Shown: in pieces, positions 56,673-64,000 of the stretch
Layout of the letters: each line of letters starts with the position of its first letter
Numbering within the stretch: position 1 is the first letter of the stretch
Assembly: GCA_903869825.1 (NCBI GenBank)
Contig: CAIQAL010000001.1
Coordinates: 7,185 to 71,184 of the forward strand
Source of the DNA: an uncultured bacterium
GTDB taxonomy: Bacteria; Patescibacteriota; Minisyncoccia; Phycocordibacterales; UBA9973
Direction: 5' to 3'
DNA: 64,000 nucleotides
Notes under the pieces: generated by a model
Told to the model about the DNA's origin: nothing
The model's input: the letters and a program-made list of their open reading frames with translations, nothing else
Database searches by the model: none
Position numbers and translations under genes: made by a program

Positions 56673-56709
56673 AACACTTGCATTATACCAAAATCTGATT
56701 ATAATATCA

Positions 56710-56739
56710 ACAAGTATTTTGCGACCACGAAATACTTGT
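56710..56739. promoter_or_regulatory. perfect 10-bp inverted repeat ACAAGTATTT-N10-AAATACTTGT (operator candidate) in the regulator/dnaK divergent region
   Basis: Arms at 56710-56719 and 56730-56739. The right arm overlaps the putative dnaK -35 box. Confidence 0.45.
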
Positions 56740-56764
56740 CAAAATTATTAGATGGGTATATACT
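56736..56764 (+). promoter_or_regulatory. sigma70 promoter candidate for dnaK (TTGTCA-17-TATACT)
   Basis: TTGTCA at 56736-56741 and TATACT at 56759-56764; leader ~55 nt to the dnaK ATG. Confidence 0.4.
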
Positions 56765-56825
56765 TGAAAAGTAAAATAAATTATTAGCTTGCCCCGCCAA
56801 AAGCGTGGGATAATCGAAAAAAAAT

Positions 56826-58736
56826 ATGTCAAAAATTATTGGGATAGACTTAGGTACAACAAATTCAGCGGTAGCTATAATTGAAGGAGGCGTACCAAAA
56901 ATTATTGAAAACGTCGAAGGAAATCGCACGACTCCTTCGGTGGTAGCAACTGCTAAAAATGGCGATCGTATCGTGGGGTTACTTGCAAAAAGACAAGCAG
57001 TGACAAATCCAGAAAATACCATCGCGGAAATCAAGCGCTATATGGGGCACCGCTTTGATGATCCGGGAGTGCAAAAAGATAAAATTTCTGCTCCATTTAA
57101 AATTGAAGCTGAAGAAAACGGCGGAGTGAAAGTAAAAATGTCCGACAAATTTTATCGGCCGGAAGAAATTTCTGCCATGGTATTGCAGAAAATAAAAGCA
57201 GACGTCGAAGCAAAATTGGGAGAAAAAATTACCGAAGCGGTCATTACCGTGCCGGCATATTTTAATGATGCTCAAAGAAAGGCAACGAAAGATGCTGGTC
57301 TTATTGCTGGGCTTGATGTAAAGAGAATTATCAACGAACCGACGGCCGCAGCGCTTGCTTACGGATTCAATAAAAAGAAAAATGAAAAGATTGTGGTATA
57401 CGATTTCGGAGGTGGAACCTTTGATGTGTCTGTACTTGAGATCGGAGATGATGTAATAGAAGTAAAATCGACCGATGGAGACTCTCACATGGGCGGAGGT
57501 GATATTGATCGAAAAATAATTACTTGGATTGCGGAAGAATACAAAAAGGAATCTGGAGTGGACGTTAGAAAAGATCCACTTGCTCACCAACGTTTAAAGG
57601 AAGCGGCTGAAAAAGCAAAACACGAACTCTCTACCACAATGGAAACAGAAATCAATATTCCTTTTATCACTTCCGATGCATCAGGACCGAAACACTTACT
57701 CATGAAAATGTCTCGAGCCACCTTGGAATCTTTGGCCAAAGAATACATTGACCGCTCGATAGAGATAACCAAGCGTGCTTTAGAAGCTTCGCCGTTTAAA
57801 ATGGCGGAGATAGATGAGATTATTATGGTTGGCGGTCAAACTCGAATGCCAGCTATTGTAGAGGCGGTAAAAAACCTTTTCGGGAAAGCTCCAAATATGT
57901 CTATCAACCCGGATGAAGTCGTAGCTCTTGGAGCTGCAGTGCAGGCAGGAGTGTTGGCAGGAGACGTGCGAGATGTTTTACTGCTCGACGTCATTCCACT
58001 TTCCTTGGGAATTGAAACCTTGGGAGGCGTGGGAACAAAATTGATTGAAAGAAATACTACTATTCCGGCTTCAAAATCACAAGTGTTTTCAACTGCTGCC
58101 GACAATCAAACAAGCGTTGAGATTCATATTGTCCAAGGAGAACGTCCGATGGCCGCTGACAACAAATCACTCGGCCGGTTTATTTTGGATGGTGTTCCAC
58201 CATCTCCTCGAGGAATGCCTCAAATCGAAGTCACTTTTGATATTGATGCAAACGGAATCTTAAATGTGAAAGCGCAAGATAAAGCATCCGGGAAAGTGCA
58301 ATCAATCAAGATTGAAGCAAGTTCTGGATTAAAAGATGAGGATATTAAAAAAATGCAAGCGGATGCTGAAATTCACGCAGAAGAAGATAAAAAGAAAAGG
58401 GAATTAGTGGATGTGAAAAATACCGCTGAGATGATTATTTACACTGCGGAAAAAGCAGTGAAAGAGAATGATGCAAAAATTCCGGAAGATATCAAGAAAA
58501 CAGTAAATGAGAAAATCTCAGCTCTTCGTTCAGTAAAAGACAGTACGGATATGGAGGCTGTCAAAAAAGCGACCGAAGAACTTTCAGCTGAGATGTCTAA
58601 AATCGGCGAAGCTATGGCAAAAGCTGGAGCGACCGATACCAAAGACACAACCCCAGAAGAACAAAATCCAGAAGTGTACGATGCCGAATTCAAGGAAGAT
58701 AAAGACAAGCCTGGAAGCGAAGCTCCTAAACAATAA
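56826..58736 (+). CDS. dnaK: molecular chaperone DnaK (Hsp70)
   Basis: [34 protein letters not shown]; 636 aa. Confidence 0.95.
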   Translation: MSKIIGIDLGTTNSAVAIIEGGVPKIIENVEGNRTTPSVVATAKNGDRIVGLLAKRQAVTNPENTIAEIKRYMGHRFDDPGVQKDKISAPFKIEAEENGGVKVKMSDKFYRPEEISAMVLQKIKADVEAKLGEKITEAVITVPAYFNDAQRKATKDAGLIAGLDVKRIINEPTAAALAYGFNKKKNEKIVVYDFGGGTFDVSVLEIGDDVIEVKSTDGDSHMGGGDIDRKIITWIAEEYKKESGVDVRKDPLAHQRLKEAAEKAKHELSTTMETEINIPFITSDASGPKHLLMKMSRATLESLAKEYIDRSIEITKRALEASPFKMAEIDEIIMVGGQTRMPAIVEAVKNLFGKAPNMSINPDEVVALGAAVQAGVLAGDVRDVLLLDVIPLSLGIETLGGVGTKLIERNTTIPASKSQVFSTAADNQTSVEIHIVQGERPMAADNKSLGRFILDGVPPSPRGMPQIEVTFDIDANGILNVKAQDKASGKVQSIKIEASSGLKDEDIKKMQADAEIHAEEDKKKRELVDVKNTAEMIIYTAEKAVKENDAKIPEDIKKTVNEKISALRSVKDSTDMEAVKKATEELSAEMSKIGEAMAKAGATDTKDTTPEEQNPEVYDAEFKEDKDKPGSEAPKQ

Positions 58737-58749
58737 AATTTGTTTTCAA

Positions 58750-58778
58750 AAAGACCCAACATGGGGCTTTTTGTTTTT
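58750..58778 (+). terminator. terminator candidate after dnaK (imperfect stem + T-rich run)
   Basis: AAGACCCAACATGGGGCTTTTTGTTTTT. Confidence 0.35.
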
Positions 58779-58787
58779 CACCTTTGT

Positions 58788-58796
58788 GATATAATT
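58788..58796 (+). promoter_or_regulatory. extended -10 (TGaTATAAT) 7 nt upstream of the ATPase-1 ATG; candidate leaderless transcript
   Basis: TGTGATATAAT at 58786-58796; ATG at 58803. Confidence 0.35.
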
Positions 58797-58802
58797 TATC
58801 TA

Positions 58803-61037
58803 ATGGAAATGCCGAAAATACCTATGAATAAGGATATGACCTATATTGGTTTGACCACTTATCGTGATAAAAACCAGCTTTTTGGGATTAAACGAAAAGA
58901 CCGTCGTCAGCATGTATATTTACTAGGGAAGTCTGGTACCGGTAAATCCGTCCTGATGTTCAATATGATTATCCAGAACATCAAGAATGGCGATGGAGTT
59001 TGTGTAGTTGACCCGCACGGAGAACTCGTGGAAGGAGTTCTTTCTGCTATTCCACCACACCGAATGAAAGATGTTGTTTACTTTAATCCAGCCGATCCGG
59101 ACTATCACATTGGTTTTAATGTGCTTGAACTTATTGACCCGAAATACAAACACCTTATCGCTTCGGGCCTCATGGGAATTTTTACCAAAATTTGGGCGAA
59201 TGCTTGGAGTGCTCGAATGGAATACATTTTGAACAATGCTATTTTGGCTTTGCTTGATACTCCGGGGACGACGATGCTTGGAATCCCGAGAATGCTGGTG
59301 GACAAAGATTATCGCCAGAAAATAATTTCAAATTTAAAAGACCCGGTCATTAAAGCTTTTTGGATTCATGAATATGAAGAATGGCAAGACAAATTTCGAA
59401 ACGAAGCGATTGCTCCTATTCAAAATAAAGTCGGGCAATTTCTTTCGACCCCGATTATCAGAAATGTCGTTGGCCAAGCGGAAAGCACAATAAATATTTT
59501 TGACATAATGAACGAAGGAAAGATTTTCTTAGTGAACGTTTCAAAAGGACGTATCGGAGAAGATAACTCATCGCTTTTGGGAGGAATGATTATTACCAAA
59601 ATTCAGTTGGCTGCAATGGAACGGGTTCGAATTCCGGAAGAGGAACGAAGAGATTTTTATTTGTATGTTGACGAATTTCAAAATTTTGTTACCGATTCTT
59701 TTGCCGGGATATTGTCGGAAGCTAGAAAATACCGCTTAAACTTAACGGTGGCGCACCAGTACACTGCCCAGCTTGTTTCGGACAAAAGTTCCAGTGTTAG
59801 AGATGCTGTTTTCGGAAACGTTGGAACAATGATTGTTTTTCGAGTAGGTTCGGATGACGCAGACTTTTTGGAAAAGGAATTTGATCCAGAATTTACTCCC
59901 CAAGATATTGTAAACTTACCAAACTACAAAATTTATCTTAAATTAATGATTGATGGAGTCACTTCTAGACCATTCTCAGCTAAAACTTTGCCACCAATGG
60001 CGCACGGAGATCCGAAAGTGGAAGAAGAAGTAATAAAAAGTTCTCGTGAACTTTATTGTAAGACAAGAGAAATAGTAGAACGGGAAATAAATAATTGGAG
60101 TGGAATGTCGCTCGGCAATGAGAATGATACTGGAGGGGTTGAAAAGTTTCCTGCGGTTTGTTCAATTTGCAAAAAAGAAACTTTTGTCCCATTTAAACCT
60201 GAACCAGGCAGACCTGTTTACTGTAAGGATTGTATTGCAAAATTAAAATCAGGTGAATTAAAACCAGTCAAGGGTTCGATTAACCAGATCAAATATGATG
60301 AAGGTAAATTCTATAAACCACTGTCGGATCTAGGAATTGAATTTGAACAAAAAACTCCATCAGTGGCGCAAGCAAAAACAATGGAAGGAGATAGATATCC
60401 TGAGAGAACAGACAGAATAGGGCATGTGGATAATAATCAGACAAATGCTCGACCCGGAATTTTCTCCGCAATTAAAAAAGTATTTAATAAAAATGCTATG
60501 CCTGTCGGATTACAACCAAAGGGTAATTTAAATACGCAGCCGGTTAGAAATAATTTTATGAAAAATAAGCCAAAGGCAGTTCATTCAGCTAATGGCAATA
60601 TTGCCTTGAAGGAAATATTGAATAAAACCTTAAATGAAGCTTTGGCCGAAAAAAAACAAGTTCCAGAAATCAAGCCTGAACAGATTGTTAAAGAAAACCC
60701 AAATATTCCAAAACCAATTTCCTTAAATGAACTTAAAACTCAAACACCTGAAGTAACTTTTGTCCCGAAAGATAAATCAGCCAAACCGGAAGATATGAAT
60801 AGATTGAAGAATTTTATAATAGGAAAAAATTTAGAACATAAAGAAGAAGTTGTTCAGACTTCACCTTCCGTCGAACCTATTCCAGTATCAACTTCAACAT
60901 CAATGCCGATACCGGAACCAATTCCTGAACCAATTCCATCTCCGATTCCTCTTGCATTATCACCTGAACAAACACCGGAACCAAAAACTTCAACTAAGGA
61001 AGTGCCTGAAGATGTTCTCAGAAAAATGCTAGAGTAA
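58803..61037 (+). CDS. TraG/TraD/VirD4-type (type IV coupling-protein-like, AAA_10/TraG-D_C) ATPase with C-terminal CxxC...CxxC zinc ribbon and Pro-rich low-complexity tail (ATPase-1)
   Basis: Walker A LLGKSGTGKS, VVDPHGEL, Walker B FYLYVDEFQNF, and RKYRLNLTVAHQY...NVGTMIVFRVG (TraG-D_C-like). No N-terminal TM. C-terminal ribbon CSICKKETFVPFKPEPGRPVYCKDC. Start at 58803, because the upstream part of ORF 58740 contains the dnaK terminator. Confidence 0.6.
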   Translation: MEMPKIPMNKDMTYIGLTTYRDKNQLFGIKRKDRRQHVYLLGKSGTGKSVLMFNMIIQNIKNGDGVCVVDPHGELVEGVLSAIPPHRMKDVVYFNPADPDYHIGFNVLELIDPKYKHLIASGLMGIFTKIWANAWSARMEYILNNAILALLDTPGTTMLGIPRMLVDKDYRQKIISNLKDPVIKAFWIHEYEEWQDKFRNEAIAPIQNKVGQFLSTPIIRNVVGQAESTINIFDIMNEGKIFLVNVSKGRIGEDNSSLLGGMIITKIQLAAMERVRIPEEERRDFYLYVDEFQNFVTDSFAGILSEARKYRLNLTVAHQYTAQLVSDKSSSVRDAVFGNVGTMIVFRVGSDDADFLEKEFDPEFTPQDIVNLPNYKIYLKLMIDGVTSRPFSAKTLPPMAHGDPKVEEEVIKSSRELYCKTREIVEREINNWSGMSLGNENDTGGVEKFPAVCSICKKETFVPFKPEPGRPVYCKDCIAKLKSGELKPVKGSINQIKYDEGKFYKPLSDLGIEFEQKTPSVAQAKTMEGDRYPERTDRIGHVDNNQTNARPGIFSAIKKVFNKNAMPVGLQPKGNLNTQPVRNNFMKNKPKAVHSANGNIALKEILNKTLNEALAEKKQVPEIKPEQIVKENPNIPKPISLNELKTQTPEVTFVPKDKSAKPEDMNRLKNFIIGKNLEHKEEVVQTSPSVEPIPVSTSTSMPIPEPIPEPIPSPIPLALSPEQTPEPKTSTKEVPEDVLRKMLE
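60895..60960 (+). repeat. low-complexity PIPEPIPEPIPSPIP coding repeat in the ATPase-1 tail
   Basis: ccgataccggaaccaattcctgaaccaattccatctccgattcct. Confidence 0.5.
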
Positions 61038-61056
61038 CACTTCACAAAGCCGTGGT

Positions 61057-62823
61057 GTGTTCAAAAATTTTATGAATTCGGAAACTAAAACCCCCAATTT
61101 TGATAAATTGTTAGATGAAATTTTAGAAAAAATTGTGCCTCACGAAAGAGAATGTGCACAGAAAGATATCTCAAAATATTGTGAAAAAAAATTCAGAATT
61201 TATGATGAAGATATAAAATTTTATAAATTACTTCGGGTGCCACCCCCAAAGTGTTGTCCGACTTGCCGGCGGCAGAGACGGAATGCCTTTACCAACAGAA
61301 TATATTTATATAAAAGAAAAGATGATGCTCCCGGGAATTCAAAGGAAGTAATATCTTTTGTTCCTCCTGTCTCGCCATTTGTTGTTTATAATTTGGATTA
61401 TTATAGAAGTTCCAAATGGGACCCAATTTCTTTTGCTGTTGACTATGATTTCTCAGTGCCATTTTTTGATCAATTTTTTGATTTACGATTGAAAGTGCCC
61501 CAGTATGCTATTGTACGGGACCCTTCAAGTATTAATAGCGAGTATTCTTTAAATGGGCGTAACTTAAAAAATGGTTATTTAGTGAGTGGTGGAACCGACT
61601 CAGAAAATCTCTGGTATAGTATTTTTATAAAAAATTCAAGGGAAGTTATGGACAGTCATAGTATAGACAAGTGCGAACAGTGCTCTGAAATGATTTTGAC
61701 CAAAAATATGAATCTATGCTTCTATTGTTATTTTTCTTTCAACTGTATCAGTTCTTATTTTTTACTTGATTGTCGTAATTGCCAAAATTGTTTTGGCTGT
61801 TCAAATTTGCGCAATAAAAAATATTGCTTTTTTAATAAACAACTTGGGAAAGTTGAGTACGAAGAAAAAATAAAATCTATGAGATTAGATTCTAGGTCTG
61901 GACTTAAAGATGCAAGAAAAAAATTTTGGGAATTCGTAAAGCAAAATCCAGTAAGAGCTTCTCGTTCCAGCCGGTCAGTAAATTCCAGTGGGTTGGCCAT
62001 TATCAATTCAAGGAATTGTCAGAATGTTATATCTTGTGAAAACGGAGAAAATGAAAGGTATGTCAATATGGTCACTAACCACAAAGACTCGATGGATGTG
62101 TACACTTCAGGTGATTCAGAACTTTTGTATGAAGTATCTTGGGTAGGAGCGGGCGCTTCAAATATTAAATTCTCATTTGGTTCAAAAAATGTTACTAATT
62201 GCGAATTTGTTATTAATTGTCATTATTGTGACAATTGTTTTGCTTGTATCGGACTTGAAAATAAAAAATATCATATTTTAAATCGCCCTTATGGTAGAGA
62301 CGAATATTTCAAAGAATTGGATAAAATTAAGTTATCTCTTTTAAAGAGCGGAGAGTATGGTGAGTTCCTACAGTGTCGATTTAGTACTTTTGCGTACAAT
62401 GGCTCTGAAGCAGATTTATATTTTCCACTTGATCAATACGAGACAAAAAAAATTGGGGCATACTATCAACCTGATAGTGGAATAGAAACACAAGGGATAA
62501 AAATTGCAGAAGCAAAAGATATCCCAGACAAAATAATTGATGTGGAAGATAATATTTTAGACGAAGCAATTACTTGCGAAAAAACCGGTCGCCTTTTTAA
62601 AATTATTAAAAGCGAACTTGATTTCTATAGAAGATATAAGCTACCCATTCCTACCTTTCACCCTTTGGAGCGAATGAAAAGCACTTATTGGTATTTGGTT
62701 GGAGATAATATCGTTTATAAAGATTTTTGTGATAAATGTGGAATTCCGATAGAAACAATCTATAATCCAAAAAATAATTGGAGACTTTATTGTGAAAGTT
62801 GTTATCAAAAAGAGGTATATTAA
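61057..62823 (+). CDS. Cys-rich double zinc-ribbon paralog family protein, copy F
   Basis: 588 aa, intact. CEKKFRIYDEDIKFYKLLRVPPPKCCPTCRRQRR ... CRNCQNCFGCSNLRNKKYCFFNKQ ... CEKTGRLFKIIKSELDFYRRYKLPIPTF ... YCESCYQKEVY. Confidence 0.65.
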   Translation: MFKNFMNSETKTPNFDKLLDEILEKIVPHERECAQKDISKYCEKKFRIYDEDIKFYKLLRVPPPKCCPTCRRQRRNAFTNRIYLYKRKDDAPGNSKEVISFVPPVSPFVVYNLDYYRSSKWDPISFAVDYDFSVPFFDQFFDLRLKVPQYAIVRDPSSINSEYSLNGRNLKNGYLVSGGTDSENLWYSIFIKNSREVMDSHSIDKCEQCSEMILTKNMNLCFYCYFSFNCISSYFLLDCRNCQNCFGCSNLRNKKYCFFNKQLGKVEYEEKIKSMRLDSRSGLKDARKKFWEFVKQNPVRASRSSRSVNSSGLAIINSRNCQNVISCENGENERYVNMVTNHKDSMDVYTSGDSELLYEVSWVGAGASNIKFSFGSKNVTNCEFVINCHYCDNCFACIGLENKKYHILNRPYGRDEYFKELDKIKLSLLKSGEYGEFLQCRFSTFAYNGSEADLYFPLDQYETKKIGAYYQPDSGIETQGIKIAEAKDIPDKIIDVEDNILDEAITCEKTGRLFKIIKSELDFYRRYKLPIPTFHPLERMKSTYWYLVGDNIVYKDFCDKCGIPIETIYNPKNNWRLYCESCYQKEVY

Positions 62824-62887
62824 CGGCGGCGGGATTTTTGTGCTTATTTTGAAAAAGACGGAAAAAGTGGTAAAATAGCAGAATATT

Positions 62888-64000
62888 ATGCCAAAACCGA
62901 ATCGAGTTCAAATAATCAAATATGCGCCACCCCCACCGGAATTACCGGTTTTTGGTAAGGTGAAACCGGAAGAAGTTTCTTTTATTGGGCGCACGAACTA
63001 TGTGGCAGCTCTCGAGGAAAAGAAATTTATTTTTGGATTAAAGCGAGTTGATCGAAGGAGGCATTTATATATTATTGGGAAGTCAGGGGTGGGGAAAACA
63101 AAACTACTGGAACTATTTATTCGCCAGGATATCACTTACAATCACGGACTGTGTTTGATTGACCCTCACGGAGATGTTATCGAAGGCGTACTTGATTACA
63201 TTCCGAAAGAAAGAATGGAAGATGTATGTATTATCGATCCGACAGATACTGAATTCCCTGCATCATTTAATCCACTTGCGAACGTTGACCCATTGTTTAA
63301 ATTTCAGTTGACTCAAGGGTTGATTGAAGTCTTCCAGAAACAATTTGGAGCCAATTGGACACCTCGCCTCGAACACGTTTTCCGTTTTACCTGTCTTGCA
63401 TTGCTTGATTATCCACATGCCACGATGCGAGGAATGATTTCAATGTTGACCGACCGAAATTATCGACAGAAGGTAGTGGAATATATTACAGACGATATGG
63501 TAAAAAGATTCTTCGCTATTGAATTCGCGGACTGGTCCGAGAAATTCGATACTGATGCTATTATTCCACTTGTAAACAAGCTCGGTCAATTTCTGTCCGA
63601 TCCGCTCTTACGTAATATTTTTGGACAAAAAGAAAACAAGATTGATATTAGTCAATTAATGAATGATGAAAAAATCATTCTGATTAATTTATCAAAAGGG
63701 CGCTTAGGAGAAGAAAATTCAAGTTTCTTGGGATCAATTTTCTTGACTAAAATCAAGCAAGCAGGGATGGAGCGGGCGGCTATCCCAGAATCAGAACGTA
63801 AAGATTTCTATCTGTACGTGGACGAGTTTCAAAACGTGGTGACTCAGACATTTGAAAACATTTTATCGGAAGCCAGAAAGTATGCCCTGAATCTGACTAT
63901 CGCGCATCAGTATGTCGGTCAGATTATCCCTCGAGTACATCAAGCAGTGCTCGGGAACTGTGGTTCCGTTATTACTTTCCGTATTGGGGGGGAAGACGCG
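62888..64000 (+). CDS. TraG/TraD/VirD4-type ATPase, paralog of ATPase-1 (ATPase-2; 3'-truncated by window edge)
   Basis: Not in the ORF track because there is no stop in the window. MPKPNRVQIIKYAPPPPELPVFGKVKPEEVSFIGRTNYVAALEEKKFIFGLKRVDRRRHLYIIGKSGVGKTKLL...IDPHGDV...FYLYVDEFQNVV...RKYALNLTIAHQY...NCGSVITFRIGGEDA is collinear with ATPase-1. TGGTAAAAT extended -10 at 62868-62876. Confidence 0.6.
   Translation, partial: MPKPNRVQIIKYAPPPPELPVFGKVKPEEVSFIGRTNYVAALEEKKFIFGLKRVDRRRHLYIIGKSGVGKTKLLELFIRQDITYNHGLCLIDPHGDVIEGVLDYIPKERMEDVCIIDPTDTEFPASFNPLANVDPLFKFQLTQGLIEVFQKQFGANWTPRLEHVFRFTCLALLDYPHATMRGMISMLTDRNYRQKVVEYITDDMVKRFFAIEFADWSEKFDTDAIIPLVNKLGQFLSDPLLRNIFGQKENKIDISQLMNDEKIILINLSKGRLGEENSSFLGSIFLTKIKQAGMERAAIPESERKDFYLYVDEFQNVVTQTFENILSEARKYALNLTIAHQYVGQIIPRVHQAVLGNCGSVITFRIGGEDA

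Noticed and set aside
58740-58802. ORF-track start 58740 for ATPase-1
   Set aside because: This stretch contains the dnaK terminator hairpin and the TGaTATAAT -10 box. The paralog ATPase-2 starts MPKPN..., matching the MEMPKIP start at 58803.
1-62823. Possibility that the multi-copy Cys-rich family is an IS element or transposase
   Set aside because: No terminal inverted repeats, no DDE/HUH-type motif spacing and no conserved flanks. The copies overlap or abut housekeeping genes as if co-transcribed, and they are diverged paralogs rather than near-identical copies.
1-64000. CRISPR arrays, rRNA genes, integrases or phage genes
   Set aside because: I scanned for regularly spaced direct repeats, rRNA-like GC-rich conserved blocks and recombinase signatures and found none. 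The only repeats are coding (the PEPIP tract, pilin paralogs, the Cys-rich family).

Overview
This is an AT-rich, gene-dense window, almost all on the + strand, whose gene content fits a reduced-genome Patescibacteria/CPR-like bacterium. That assignment is an inference from the repertoire: short InfB and AlaRS, MurC/MurD, many small DUF-type genes, weak Shine-Dalgarno usage.

Recognisable core genes, in order: murD, a run of small salvage/housecleaning enzymes, murC, rpsA (-), pepD (-), gyrA, a SAM-dependent methyltransferase, an orphan solute-binding protein, a five-gene array of VirB2/TrbC-like pilin paralogs, an IPT/TIG surface protein (-), a four-tRNA cluster (Cys-Leu-Lys-Leu, -), rbfA-infB (-), cysteine desulfurase, clpB, tRNA-Tyr (-), an mgtA-like P-type ATPase, a NOX/ferric-reductase-like flavocytochrome plus a cytochrome b5-like gene, typA, mltG, a DEDD exonuclease, mnmA, mgtC, alaS, infA-rpmJ-rpsM-rpsK-rpsD-rpoA-rplQ-rplM-rpsI, grpE and dnaK.

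The most unusual content is a six-copy paralogous family of ~580-aa cysteine-rich proteins carrying two CxxC...CPxCR zinc ribbons. The copies are A (partial) 1-588, B 30331-32116, C 46221-47932, D 52756-54480, E 54482-56137 and F 61057-62823. They sit between housekeeping genes, and D and E split the grpE-dnaK pair. B is broken at an (ATTT)3 repeat and C at a T-run. Copy F lies between two paralogous TraG/VirD4-type ATPases (58803-61037 and 62888 to beyond the window end), the first of which carries the same ribbon at its C-terminus. A PaaX-like regulator sits divergent to dnaK, with a 10-bp inverted repeat overlapping the dnaK -35 box.

I found no CRISPR array, rRNA, transposase or integrase.
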